From NCBI RefSeq assembly GCF_963921235.1, contig NC_086108.1:65908001-65972000 (forward strand): a stretch of 64,000 nt of DNA, read 5' to 3'. The notes beneath the pieces were generated by a model. That model was given only the letters and a program-made list of their open reading frames with translations. It was not told the origin of the DNA and made no database searches. Shown here piece after piece: positions 1 through 11,773 of this stretch. Both the position numbers and the translations under genes were made by a program. Every line of letters begins with the position of its first letter. Positions within the stretch are counted from its first letter, which is position 1. Source of the DNA: Mobula hypostoma (taxonomy: Eukaryota).

Positions 1-744
1 CGTCCTGAATAGTGGGAAGTTCACATCTATAGATGCGCTGGGCTGTCCGCACCACTCTCTGCAGGGTCCTGTGATTGAGGGAAGTACAGTTCCCATACCA
101 GGCAGTGATGTAGCCAGTCAGGATGTTCTCAATTATGCACCTGTAGAAAGTTCTTAGGATTTGGGGGCCCATACCAAACTCCTTCAACTGTCTGAGGTGA
201 AAGAAGTGCTGTTGTGCCTTTTTCACCACACAGCTGGTATGTACAGACCACATGAGATCCTCGGTGATGTTTATGCCAAGGAACCTAAAGCTGTTCACCC
301 TCTCAACACCAGATCCATTGATGTCAATAGGGGTTAGACTGTTTCCATTCCTCCTGTAGACCACAACCAGCTCCTTTGTTTTTTGTGACATTGATGGAGA
401 GGTTGTTTTCTTGACAGGGTGATGACTTCTTCCCTGTAGGCAGCCTCATTATTATTTGAGATTAGGCCAATCAGTGTAGTATCTTCAGCAAATTTAATTA
501 GCAGATTGGAGCTGTGGGTAGCGACACAGTCATGGGTATACAGAGAGTACAGGAGGGGGCTTAGGACACAGCCCTGTGGGGCACCCGTGTTGAGGGGCAG
601 AGGGGCAGAGATGAGGGAGCCCACTCTTACCAGCTGCCAGCGGTCTGACAGGAAGTCCAGGATCCAGCTACACAAGGCAGGGTGAAGGCTGAGGTCTCTG
701 AGCTTCTTGCTGAGCCTGGAGGGAATTACGGTGTTGAACCTGAA
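1..744 (-). mobile_element. Rex1/Babar-like LINE, reverse transcriptase fragment (degraded)
   Basis: ORF 334..675(-): WILDFL...NTGAPQGCVLSPLLYSLYTHDC...KFAEDTTLIGLI. Confidence 0.8.
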
Positions 745-1612
745 CGTGTAAGCAGGGTTAGAGCTGTGTACATTAATAACCCAACTAAGGATTTACAGTT
801 GCAGTGGCAGAGGCTGGATAAATGCCATGACTCTCCAGAGGCAATTGAAGAATCTCCCTTCAGTAAACTCAATAGTTTTCAAAAGCCCTCACACCAAGAA
901 CTGCAGAAGCTACTGGCAAAACTGTTGTCAGAACTGCAAGCAGTGAAAAAAACTAGGACTGAGGTTCTTGGATACAAGAGGAGTAAAGCCTGTAGTGGAG
1001 AAATTACCAGCCAATATCTAAGAACACTGGATAACTGAAGGGTTCAAGTATAAAACAAAGCATCATATCCCCATCTGGCATTTTATTTCTTTGTGGAATT
1101 TGTCTACACCACCAAGATGTAAAATAACCCTAGTTTTATGCTGTCAACTTCCGGCAACTCGTCATTCAAAGAGAGGTCTCTAGCAAAAACATGGAAAACC
1201 AAAACTCCAGTCACAGTCAACAAAACTAAAGTATAAGACTCCAACAAGAACACCAACAGACAATGTCCTGTCCATAAGAAAACTCACCCTTAAAGAAATG
1301 CAGAAGATTCAGAAAAAAAAACACTTGCAGACTGGAGATGCTTTCTAAAGGAGCACTCAATGGGTTTCAAACATTGTGCTTCAATAGAGCTCTAAGCAAA
1401 AGACTGTAAAGCTATCATACACTGCAATGAGTGCAATAGTGACCAACACATATCAGCACTTCATTCTGAGCCAGCAGCTTAGGCTATGATGGGTTCCAAC
1501 ACACCCACAGCAGTGGACGGCGGGGAGCCAGCTGAGCATCCATCAGATGTGGTTACTTCATCATACAGAGGTGTGTGGGAACAGCTTCCAAAGCAAATCC
1601 TGCTCTAAAATA
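745..1612 (+). mobile_element. BEL/Pao LTR retrotransposon gag remnant
   Basis: Broken frames give WQRLDKCHDSPEAIE...LLSELQAVK, zinc-knuckle remnants QCPVHKKTHP..KKCRRF and AKDCKAIIHCNECNSDQHISALH, then TEVCGNSFQSKSCSKI. Confidence 0.7.
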
Positions 1613-2856
1613 CAAAACATATACTCAAAAGCCAAAAAAAAAAGGGGGGGGTGTGAAAGAGTTAGTCTGGTTATCTTGCCAACACCTGGAGGAAAAGGGC
1701 TTGTTTTGCCGTTGTTTTGTTGCTTGTTGTGTTCTGTTTTGCTCTTCAGAACATTGTGGGCATGCCATGTTGGTGCCAGAGCGTGTGGTGACACTTGCAA
1801 GCTGCCCCCAACACATCCTTGGGTGTGCTGGTTGTTAACATAAATAATGCCTTTCACTGTATATTTCCATGTACGTACATATAATAAAGGAATCCAAAAA
1901 GGTATAAAAAGTTATTTTCTTTAAATGGTGCTATTTTAAGGGTGAGAATTGCAAGAATGACATAGGGATGGTTATTCATAAACCGACAAGTAAAGACAGT
2001 CTGGCTGTCAGGGAAATATGTTATTGGTCTTCAGTATATTGCTAAGCGACAAATCAACATACAAACAGCATGGATAGTGATTCATTTTTGGGTCACATTT
2101 TAAACATTCAACAAACAAAATAAAGTTTGAGACATATACTGTATGTAGGAACCTATATTAAAAGATACAGAATTCAAAAAGTGTATTCTTAAGGACTTCG
2201 CTAACCACATGCAAACTCTCCTTTCCCCACAGTCTGACTGTACTGAAGTAATTATGCACAAGCTATTAAGGACTTAATTGACACTTCATTGAAAAAGGTT
2301 AACATTTTTAAATTGTCCAGATTTGAAATTGTAATGATAGCAAAGCTGTGAACATTCACTGTCATTATACTATGAAGCTGACAGTAACTTCCTGGAGTAT
2401 GCAAATACAGAAATTGAGAAATCATCATCGGCATTATCCTGAGTGTTATCCAGAAGATTTGGCAGAGAGAAATCTTTTTAAAGGCATGTATTAACTTTTC
2501 TGCATTATATTGGCACCAAAATATTATAGAACAAGAAGTAACAACAATCAACTGAAAATATTTGTTAGATATGTCCATCTTAAACCAGTTCTTCTGAATA
2601 TACCAATTATTTTGCTCTCCAAGTTGATTAAGGGATCAGTTACAGACAGCTTTCTTACGATGATTTATTTTATGTAAGAATTGTGCAATGTAATTAGATG
2701 TAGAACCTGTCTAAAGGCATTTTCTGGACACCACAGAGATCTATATTATGATGATACCAGAATAAAATCAATCTGGATAAGGCAATGGCATACCAGTGCT
2801 AAACTCTTGCATGCAGCATTCCTCAGAATCAGGTTTAATATCACTGGCATACTTCA

Positions 2857-3124
2857 TGGGTGGTGGGGTGGAGATACATCTCTACTAAAGGTTGCAAGTC
2901 ACTCTCGGTCAACATGTAGAATGGTTGTATGAGCCCCTGGTGCATAACACAAGTCCTGGTTATGCAACCACTGTTGCCAGGCAGACAATCTCTGAAGAGA
3001 ATTGATAATGGCTGGGGACACCCACCTTGTAAAGACACTGCCCAGGTGATGACAAAGGCAAACCACTTGTGCTGAAAAATTTGCTAGGAATGTCATACAA
3101 CACAGCACATAATGATGATAATGA
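2857..3124 (+). mobile_element. RTE-related non-autonomous element/SINE
   Basis: Same family as 5715..6272(-) and 63398..63778(+), sharing ggcagacaatctctgaagag...gataatggctgggg...ggcaaaccactt; (ATG/GAT)n tail. Confidence 0.6.
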
Positions 3125-3354
3125 GTTGTGAAATTTGTTGTTTTGCAGCAGTAGTATATTGTAATACACAATAACTATAAATTATATTATATAAAAATAA
3201 ATTGAATAAGGAGTGCAAAAAGAAGAAATAGTGAGGTAGGGTGCTTGGGTTCATTGTCCATTCAGAAATGTGATGGTAGAGGGGAAGAAGCTGTTCCTAC
3301 AACATTGAATGTGCCTTCAGGTTTCTGTACCTTCTCCTTGATGGTAGCAATGAG

Positions 3355-3482
3355 AAGAGGGTGTCAGCCCAAAACATCATCTGTACCTTCTTTTCCCATA
3401 GATGCTGCCTGGCCTGCTGAGTTCTTCCAGCATTTTGTGTGTGTTGCTCAGATTTCCAGCATCTGCAGATTTTCTCTTGTTT
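3355..3482 (+). mobile_element. Penelope-like element 3' end with decayed hammerhead remnant
   Basis: gatgctgcctggcctgctgagttcttccagcattttgtgtgtgttgc...cagcatctgcagattttctcttgttt, shared with the GIY-YIG-linked copy at 19310..19867. Confidence 0.7.
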
Positions 3483-3489
3483 GGAAAGA

Positions 3490-5080
3490 GCGAGCAGTTT
3501 CAAGTTCCTCGGTGTCAACACCTCTGAAGTTCTCTTCTGGGTCCAACATATTGATGCAATTGCAAAGAAGGCACGGCAGTAACTATATTGCTTTAGGAGT
3601 TTGAGGAGACTTGGTATGTCACCAAAGATGCTTGCAAATTTCTACGGATGTGCAGATGCTATTTCTGATCTCCAGGTTCTCGGTACAGAGGGAGTGCATA
3701 GGCCCAGGTTTTGTAGCTTGTTGATTGGTACTGAGGGTATGATGGTGTCGAATGCTGAGCTGTAATCAATAAATAGCAACCTACTGTTGGTATTGCTATT
3801 GTCCAGATGATCCAAGACTGAGAGAAGAGCAAGTGAGATCTATTATGGCACTGGCAAATTGCAGTCCTTGCTTAGATAGGAGTTGATTCTGGTCATGACC
3901 AACTTCCCAAAGCAATTCATCACAGTAGATATAAATGCAACTGGATGAGGGTCATTGAGGCAACCCACCACGCCCTTCTTGGGCTGTGGCATGATTGTCA
4001 CCCTTTTAAAGTAAGTGGGAATTTCCAACCACAGATGTGAGACCATGAAGATTTCCTTGAACACTTCTACAAGTTTGTTGTAACTGGTTTTCAGTGCCCT
4101 ACTAAGTATACCACCAATCTTGCTAGGGTTCACCCTCTTGAAAGATGTTCTGATGTCAGACTTTGAGGTAGGGACCACAGGGTCATCAGACACTGCAAGG
4201 AGTTACGCAGGTGTATTTTTATAATATCTTTCAAAGCATGTATAAAAGGCATTGAGCTCATCTGGGAGTGAAACATCACAGCCATTCATGATGTTAGGTT
4301 TCGCCTTGTAGGAAGTCAGCCCTTAGGTTACGGGAACAGTTCAGTGATGGGGTAATGAAATTGAGGGAAGTTATCCCTTCTGGTTCAAGGCCCTGATGGT
4401 TGAGGGTTCCTGAATCTAACTGTGTGGGTCCCAAGGCTTCTGTACTTACTTCCTGACAGCAGCAGAAGAGAGCATGTCCTGGATGGTGGGGAGGGATTTA
4501 CTCATAACAGACTGGGCCTTACCCACTTCTCTTTGTAGGATTTTCCATTCAAGGACACTGGTGTTTCCATACTTGGCCATAATGCAGCCAGTCAATATTC
4601 TCTCCACCACACATTACAGAAGTTTGCAAAGATTTGGAAAGGCATCTAAACCTTTAACAAACTTCTAAGGAAGTAGAAGAGCTGCTGTGCTTTCTTCATA
4701 ATATCACTTATGTGTTGGACCCAGGACAGATCTGCTGAAATGATAACACCAAGGAATTTAAAGTTGCCTACCCTCTCCACTTCTGATTTCACCCCCCCCC
4801 CGCCCAACATGAACTGCAATCAGTAATTGGCTACTTGGTCGTGCTAACACTGAGTGAGAGGTTGTTGTTGTGGCACCACTCAGCCAGATTCTCAATCTTT
4901 CTCCTACTCACCACCTTTGATTCAGCCAGTGACAATGGCATCATTAGCAAATTTAAATAAGGCATTGGAGCTGTGCTGAGCCACACGGTCATAGGTATAA
5001 CAAGCAGAGCAGGGGACTAAGCACACAGCCTTGTGGTGTACCTGTGCTGATGGAGATTGTGGAGATGTTGTCACCAAACC
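3490..5080 (-). mobile_element. Mosaic of degraded Rex1/Babar-like LINE fragments (mostly minus strand)
   Basis: ORF 3843..4193(-): FKRVNPSK...CLNDPHPVAFISTVMNCFGKLV; further RT remnants up to about 5080. Confidence 0.7.
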
Positions 5081-5714
5081 AATCAACTTCGATGATATCT
5101 ATTCTAATACATCTATGGATCCCAGAAGTTATGTTGCTAAATAATTCTCATGTTTACATCATTTTTTTTCCCTCATGTCTTGAGAATATAACAGGCTGCC
5201 ATTCAGCCAACAAGACTATACAAGCTTTAGACCATGGCCCAACTCATTTCCCTGTAAACTATTCGCTCTCAGAACTTACCCACTCAACTTTCTGCATTCC
5301 GATAATTTCACCATCTAAACATCTACATATTGTGGACATAATTTATTACAGCAGGTTTATGTTGCAGTATACATTTCACAAAAAAAAACTTCAATTGGAG
5401 AGAAAAACAATAGAGTTAATAGACAATGGATATCACGGACCCAGTGAAGGGATCACACCTGACAATTGTGGCAAAAATAGATTTGTTGTTTTGAGAGTAG
5501 TGTCGAATGGACCAAGAGAGAAAGGCACAGCCGAAAGGAATGTGCAGCTAATTAGGCAACATGAGCACAAGGATGAATACAAAGGAAAAAGACATCGCAA
5601 AGCTACTTTAAATCACTCCTTCACAATTTTTCTGCACAATTGTTTATTAGTTGCTACAAAGGACGTAAATGCTCCTTAACATCAGATTATGGTATAAGCA
5701 TCAATTTAAACATT

Positions 5715-6272
5715 CATTATGTGCCACGGCATATAATGTGGGCAATCATGGTCTTGACCATGAAGGCTCTTGGCAATTTTTTCCTACAGAGGGAGGGGAG
5801 GGAACGTCGACTCAGACCGTGAGAGGCCTGCATCGGGCATTTTCGTGCCTTACAAGGCACAGATTGGAAGTCTGTGAAGGGGGCCACTCCTCGCACAGAC
5901 TAGAGCAGTGTGTGATTAAGTGCCTCGCTCAAGGGCACAAACATGCTGCCAGAACTGAGGCTCGAACTAGCAACCTTGAGGTAACTAGACGAACGCCTTA
6001 ACCACTTGGCCACGTGCCCAACACTACTTCCTACAGAAGTAGTTTGCTATTGCCTTCTTCTGGGCAGTGTCCTAACAAGATGGGTGACCCCAGCCACTAT
6101 CACTACTCTTCAGAGATTGTCTGTCTGGTGTCAGTGGTCACATAACCAGGACTTGTGACATGCACCAGGTGCTCATTCAACCGTCCACCACCTGCTCACA
6201 TGGCTTCACCTGACCCTGAAGAGGGAAGGAGTGCTTACATCTCTTTTGGTAGAGACATATCTCCACCCTGCC
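5715..6272 (-). mobile_element. RTE-related SINE split by a nested tRNA-SINE
   Basis: Reverse complement matches the copies at 2857 and 63398; interrupted at 5791..6027. Confidence 0.6.
5791..6027 (-). mobile_element. tRNA-derived SINE with 10-bp TSD
   Basis: Minus strand begins gggcacgTGGCCAAGTGGttaagg (A box)...GTTCGAGCC (B box); flanked by ttcctacaga at 5781-5790 and 6028-6037. Confidence 0.8.
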
Positions 6273-7399
6273 AATCAATTTAAACACCTTCAAAAGAGGG
6301 AAAAAAAATTGTCAAGCAGTGGGTACCACTGCACACAAATGTAAGTGACTAAAGATAACCAGGGCTGCAAATCAAAAGTGCATTGAAGATACTACTCATT
6401 GTATTGTAAGTCCATGGCATGCTCAGTCTGCCAACTGAAATAATGAATTCTCCTTCATTTATGAAACAGCTGTTATTAGCAGGGTGAAACTGGGCCAGAT
6501 CCAGCTAAAACAGATGGAAATGAAAGGATACTCTATAATGGTCACTTAAAGAGAAACCAGGTTGGTCACGTGCCAACTCCAAACTAGCTGCTTAACTTCT
6601 TGCTTTTCAAATTTTCAATTAATTCATTTCCTATTATATCCATTACCACATTGGCGATTCATAACTCTTTAAGATGCCTAATAACTAAATATTTCATAGC
6701 ATTTGATGAACTGCAGAATTGGATTATAAACTAGATCTGTGAAAGCATCGAAAGTGGAAATCACTGTCAGCTGGCTGCTGTTGTTATCTCACAGTGGTAC
6801 AGGCTTCAATCCTGACTCTAGGTGCAGATAATGCAGAGTTTACATGTTCTTTTTGTGACTAGTTAATTTTGGATGTTCTGGGTTCCACCCACCCATATCC
6901 CAAAATACAACCTGTTGGCATAGCCTTCGTTGTAACTTGTCCCAACATTAATAGCTGGTGGATGAATAGTTAAGAGAATAGATGGCATGGATAAATAAGA
7001 GGTAAAATAAGTAAACCGTGCGCGCATAGGTATACAGGTATTAGATAAAAAGCACTAAATTTTCCATCCTAGGTACCCGACCGAATGTTACCCGGCATTT
7101 AATTAAAATTGTAGGTTGTCTGGTTGTAGAAATGAGTGGTTGGTTGCAAATGGAACTGAAACCATTGAAATTGACAGTTCAATAAAACAATAAATTATCT
7201 GGGATCGAAAATTCCAAATGTGCTACAAGAGAACGTGCTGTGAACCTGGGAACCAGCAGTTCTGTTGCCCTCGTCTCTTTAAAGACAGGCAGATCCTACT
7301 GCCGAATGTAAAACATCCAACACTGGTCAGGGAACGTAAAGTCAATGATCCCAAGTACCTTTCTCTCAATTCACAAGTGAGGAATAAATAAATAGTGGG

Positions 7400-8200
7400 A
7401 CGGATTGCCGCGGGGGTCACAGCGTGAAACTTCACTCGGCTTCACTTGGACAACAACACCGACCACCGCCTCTTCTAACCCCAAACAGCTTCCTTCCGGA
7501 TTCGCTTAACGCTCGCCTAAACCGACACGATCACCCACAATTTAACCATAGAATTCAGCGCAACATCTTCCCCAACACTTCCAATGACAGTAACACTTAC
7601 AGAAATACCGTGGCGAACGTCCCGTCTCTTCTCCGAACCTTCACCTTTACTATCACATCTATTTCGCCCATGCAATCATTCAAAAGTAAATATGGCGCCA
7701 CGCTCCTGCCAGGACGCGCGAGCACCAATCACGCGCCGCTACTCCCGCCCTGTCCAATAGCCCGCCGTCTCTCCCGCCATATCCAATCCCCCGCTGCCTC
7801 TCCCGCCCTGTCCAATCACCCACCGCCTCTCCCGCCCTGTCCAATCACCCACCGCCTCTCCCGCCCTGCCCAATCACCCGCCGCCTCTACTGCGCTGTCC
7901 AATCCTGCGCCGTCTTGCTCATCTCTCCTATTCCGCGCTGTCTTTTGTTCTCCGTCTAACCCGGCATCCCTTGCCTAGTGTGGGTCGGAAGCTGTCTCTC
8001 GCGTCTCTTTCAACAATCGTAAACAATGAGCTTTCGAACTTTTCCTCCTTCGATGGACAGCTATTGCTTCAGAATTATGTTTTTCGCATTGTGATACCGT
8101 TCATTTAGTGTCTATCGGTATTCTATTTTAGCCATGACCAAACTGCCTGTTGTGCGCATGCGTCCATCAGCCTCGGCGCATGGCAGTCAAAGCTGTTGTC
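7400..8200. promoter_or_regulatory. CpG-island promoter with phased CCAAT/GC-box array, YY1-like and CHR-like motifs
   Basis: CpG-rich island in AT-rich background. CCAAT at 7725, 7754, 7783, 7812, 7841, 7870, 7899; CCCGCC boxes; AATATGGCG (YY1-like) 7689-7697; TTTGAA on the minus strand 7679-7684; minus-strand GTAAGT donor 7600-7595. Confidence 0.75.
7722..7912. repeat. Tandem repeat, 29-bp unit x about 7 (TCCAATCACCCACCGCCTCTCCCGCCCTG)
   Basis: CCAAT recurs at an exact 29-nt period; central units nearly identical. Confidence 0.92.
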
Positions 8201-8827
8201 CCACTCGATTCTGTTGTTTGCTCTGGGACCAAGCTTTCTTGTTGTAAACTATCTCTCTAAGATCCCCCAGGGCTATACGCACTTTAACCGGTGTAGTCAT
8301 GGTGACTACATGAAATAAGAAACACAAAGGCAGTGGCAGCCGTTATGAAATAATCGGCTAATTTAAAACACAGAATTTACACAGGAAAATGGGTTTGGGT
8401 TGAGGTTGCGCGTCCACATAACTTCGCACGGCTGTTAACGCCTCAAGGAATGTAGTGGTACAATAAGGAAGTATAAAACACAATGCCAGATATTAGTTTG
8501 TAATTAAACAGAGCTTCTTAAAGATGGATAGTCTTAGAAGAAGTGGCGGTGAATTAAGTCAGTTCCGATGTAAGGTCATTCACTTAACGAGTACAGCGCT
8601 TCTTAGTACATTTAGGATGCCTGATCTGAATATTTATATTTATTTCAAATGCTTTTAAAAACTGTAAAATTAGGTAAAGCGTTGGCTTTAAAAGTTCAAA
8701 GGTTAGATATAGGAGGACAATATTGTCCATTGAATCTGCTTCAGCATTCATAGGTTCAAGTTTAATTGTCATTCAACCATGTATGAATACCCATGAATAC
8801 AGTCAAACAAAACAGTGGAGCTAATTC

Positions 8828-8971
8828 GGGCAGCATCTCTAGGAAGAGGTACAGTCGACGTTTCAGGTCTCGGCCTGTACCTCTTCCTAGAGATGCTGCC
8901 TGGCCTGCTGCGTTCACCAGCATCTTTGATGTGTGTTGTTTGAATTTCCGGCATCTGCAGAATCCCTGTTG
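8828..8971. mobile_element. Miniature fold-back Penelope-like insertion
   Basis: Perfect 26-bp arms 8829-8854 / 8875-8900 around a hammerhead fragment; flanking direct repeat agtggagcYaattc at 8814-8827 and 8972-8985. Confidence 0.8.
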
Positions 8972-9431
8972 AGTGGAGCCAATTCTTTAATTTGTCAACT
9001 TTCTTGACGTACCCCATGATTCCTCTAATGTCCATAGAAAGCCACAAGCAAATTATTCCAGCATATGTATGTACAGTATTTAAAATATTTTCTTTTTCTG
9101 TTTGGATTAAATTATTGGATAAATGCATCCATCTTTTCTACAATGATTTGCATTTTTATTTTTAGCTATGAAACTCTGATTCAAGCCCAAATCTTACAAG
9201 AACATTTCTACATCCAGATTTGACTGCAAAACATTTTTGCCATAAGTATATTTTTTTGTGATTAGAATTGCATTGTATTGATTTAATCTTGATTGTAAAG
9301 ACCTACACTGCCATGCTTATAATTGGGAAATTGACAAATAAATTTAAATATATTCTGTCTAATTTGCAGGATATCAAAATATTCATTCATCTATCAGAAA
9401 TAGTCTGATAATCGCAGTTAATCAGTATATA

Positions 9432-9605
9432 GGTTTCCTCCAGGTGTTCTGGTTTCCTCCCACAGTCCAACAACGTACCAGTTGGTAGGTTAATTGGTCA
9501 TTGTAAATTCTCCCTTCATTAGGATAGGGTTGAATCAGGGGACTGCTCTGCAGCCAAGCTTGAAGAGCCAGAAGGGCCTATTCAGTGTTGTATCCCAGTA
9601 AACAA
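9432..9605 (+). mobile_element. V-SINE/HE1-type SINE fragment
   Basis: ggtttcctcccacagtccaa...ggttaattggtcattgtaaatt; same family as 61385..61661. Confidence 0.65.
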
Positions 9606-11773
9606 AAAAAAGTATAAACAGCACCATTTACAAACATCAAATTAGTCTCAGAACCACATGAGAAAAAAAATTGAGTAGACTTAAGATGATTAAGAGATTA
9701 TTGAAATTTAGAAAGAATGCCCACAAGAAAATAAATCTCAAAATAAATATGGTGACATAAATGTACTTCAATAATAAATTTACCTTGAACTTTGTAATTA
9801 TAAGATAAATAAATAAATAGCTACATAAGTTATTTCAAGGCTCAACAAGCTGGTTGCAAGCAGAAAGTTTCATATATTTCTGAAATGTAGGATGAATGAT
9901 AGATGTTTTGGAATTAAGATGAGGAGACTTCTTCACTGGGAGATACATCTTTGGAATTATCTAGACCACTGGGCTGAACACTTAGCCATTGAGAATCAAA
10001 ACAAAGATCAATAGAAGTCTGAATATTAGGGGGAATCAATGCTGTTGAATAAAGTAGAGCTCATTGGATATGAGCCAGATGAAGTGTGAAACAAACTCAA
10101 ACCAGGTGCCCTGATCCTGCTCCTAATTTGTATGTACTTTGCAGAACAGACAGACATTTTTTTTTGTAATTAGACAACGTTATTCACTCTGGTATCATTG
10201 TTAAGATGGGCTGAGATAGAGGGGGAGCTGAAAAATTAAGTAGGTTATGGGATTTGATGCTGTGCCCAAATCAGATAGGAGATTGTAGATGGGATATGAT
10301 AGACAATCTTCTTTAACCTGAAGCACTGACCAGGGTGCAGAAGAAATCAATGCAGAAGTATAGAATTTTTGGTTTGGTGAAATCCTTAATTGCATAAAGC
10401 AGCCCAATCCAAGATCTGTTTATGGATAGTAATGGAATCAGGGTGTTTGCAGAAAAGTGGACAAGGTAGGGAGTCAACAACAGTCTTACTGATTTACAGG
10501 ATAAGCCTGAGATTTGGTACGGCCCGCTCCTGCTTCATAACTTGGATTCTTATTGCCAGCGCCTTCTAATATTTGAAATAAAAACTGAAACTAATGAAAA
10601 ATCTTTGAGGGGTAGAAAATGTGATTCGAATATTTACAAAAGGAGGGACATGGTTTATGAAAGGAAAATGCTGTTGACTAGTCCTTGAGGCTGTGATGAG
10701 TAGAATAGATAAGGGGGACAATGGATATGAATTTTTGAAATGTAATTGCTAAAAGTCCTGCACATTAAACTGATTATCACACTGAATTTTGGGTAAAATA
10801 CTGACATGGATTGATAATTATTTATCTGAATGAGTAGAATAAATGGATCATTTTCAAACCAGCAAGCTTTTTATAGATGTTAGAGTTGATTACTAAGGAT
10901 ATGATCTCGGGATACATGGAGGCACATGATAAAGTCAGCATGGTTTCCTCAAGGGAAAATCTTGCCAGACAAATCTGTTGGAATTCTTTGAAGAAATAAC
11001 AAGCAGGATAGTCAAATGAAATTCAGTTGATGTTGTGTACTTGGATTTTCAGAAGGCCTTTGACAAGGTGCCGCACATGAGGCTGCTTAACAAGCTGCAA
11101 GCCCATGCATGGTATTACAAGAAAGATCCTAGCATGCATAAAGCAGTGGCCCATCGGCAGGAGGAAAAGAATGGGAATAAAGGAAGCCTTTCGTGGTTTG
11201 GCTGCCAGTGACTAGTGGTTTTCCACAGGAGTCTGTATTGGAACCAATTCTTTTAAAGTTATATGTCAATGATTTGGATGATGGAATTGATGGCTTTGTT
11301 GCTAAGTTTGCAGATAATACGAAGATAGGTGGAGGGACAGGTGATTTTCAGAAAATAGGCTACAGAAGGACTTAGATTAGGAGAATGGGTAAAGAAGTGG
11401 CAGATGAAGTACAGTGTCGGGAAGTGTATGGTCATTCACTTTGGTAGAAGAAATGAAAAGGCTGACTATTTTCTAAATGGAAAGAAGATACAGAAATCTG
11501 AGGTGTAAAGGGATTTGGGAGTCCTTGAGCAGGATTCCTTAAAGGTTAATTTGTAGGTTGAGTCTGTGGTAAGGAAGTTAAATGTGATGTTAACATTAAT
11601 TTCAAGAGGACCAGAATATAAAAGCAAGGATGTAATGTTGAGACTTTAAAAAGTTACTTGGATACTACTCAGTTGGAGTATTGTGAGCAATTTTGAACCC
11701 CTATCTTAGAAAGGATGTGCTGAAACTGGAGAAGATTCAAAGGAGGTTAATGAAAATGATTCCAGGATTAAAC

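Noticed and set aside
5044..5679. 211-aa + strand ORF
   Set aside because: Begins in an antisense LINE fragment with a GTG start; no recognisable motif or splice support
5950..6019. tRNA gene (also at about 61590-61661)
   Set aside because: A and B boxes are present but there is no full cloverleaf, and each continues into a SINE body
2410..7671. Phase-compatible chain of possible minus-strand exons (about 7671-7601, 5548-5460, 2696-2649, 2473 onward)
   Set aside because: Splice sites are weak and the joined peptide resembles neither STIL nor any protein I recognise; needs RNA-seq
7722..7912. 29-bp periodic repeat as a CRISPR array
   Set aside because: Units are contiguous with no unique spacers, there are no cas genes, and the context is a spliced eukaryotic locus
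7424..7978. 184-aa Pro-rich ORF
   Set aside because: GTG start; a by-product of the GC-rich island and the 29-bp repeat; no recognisable domain
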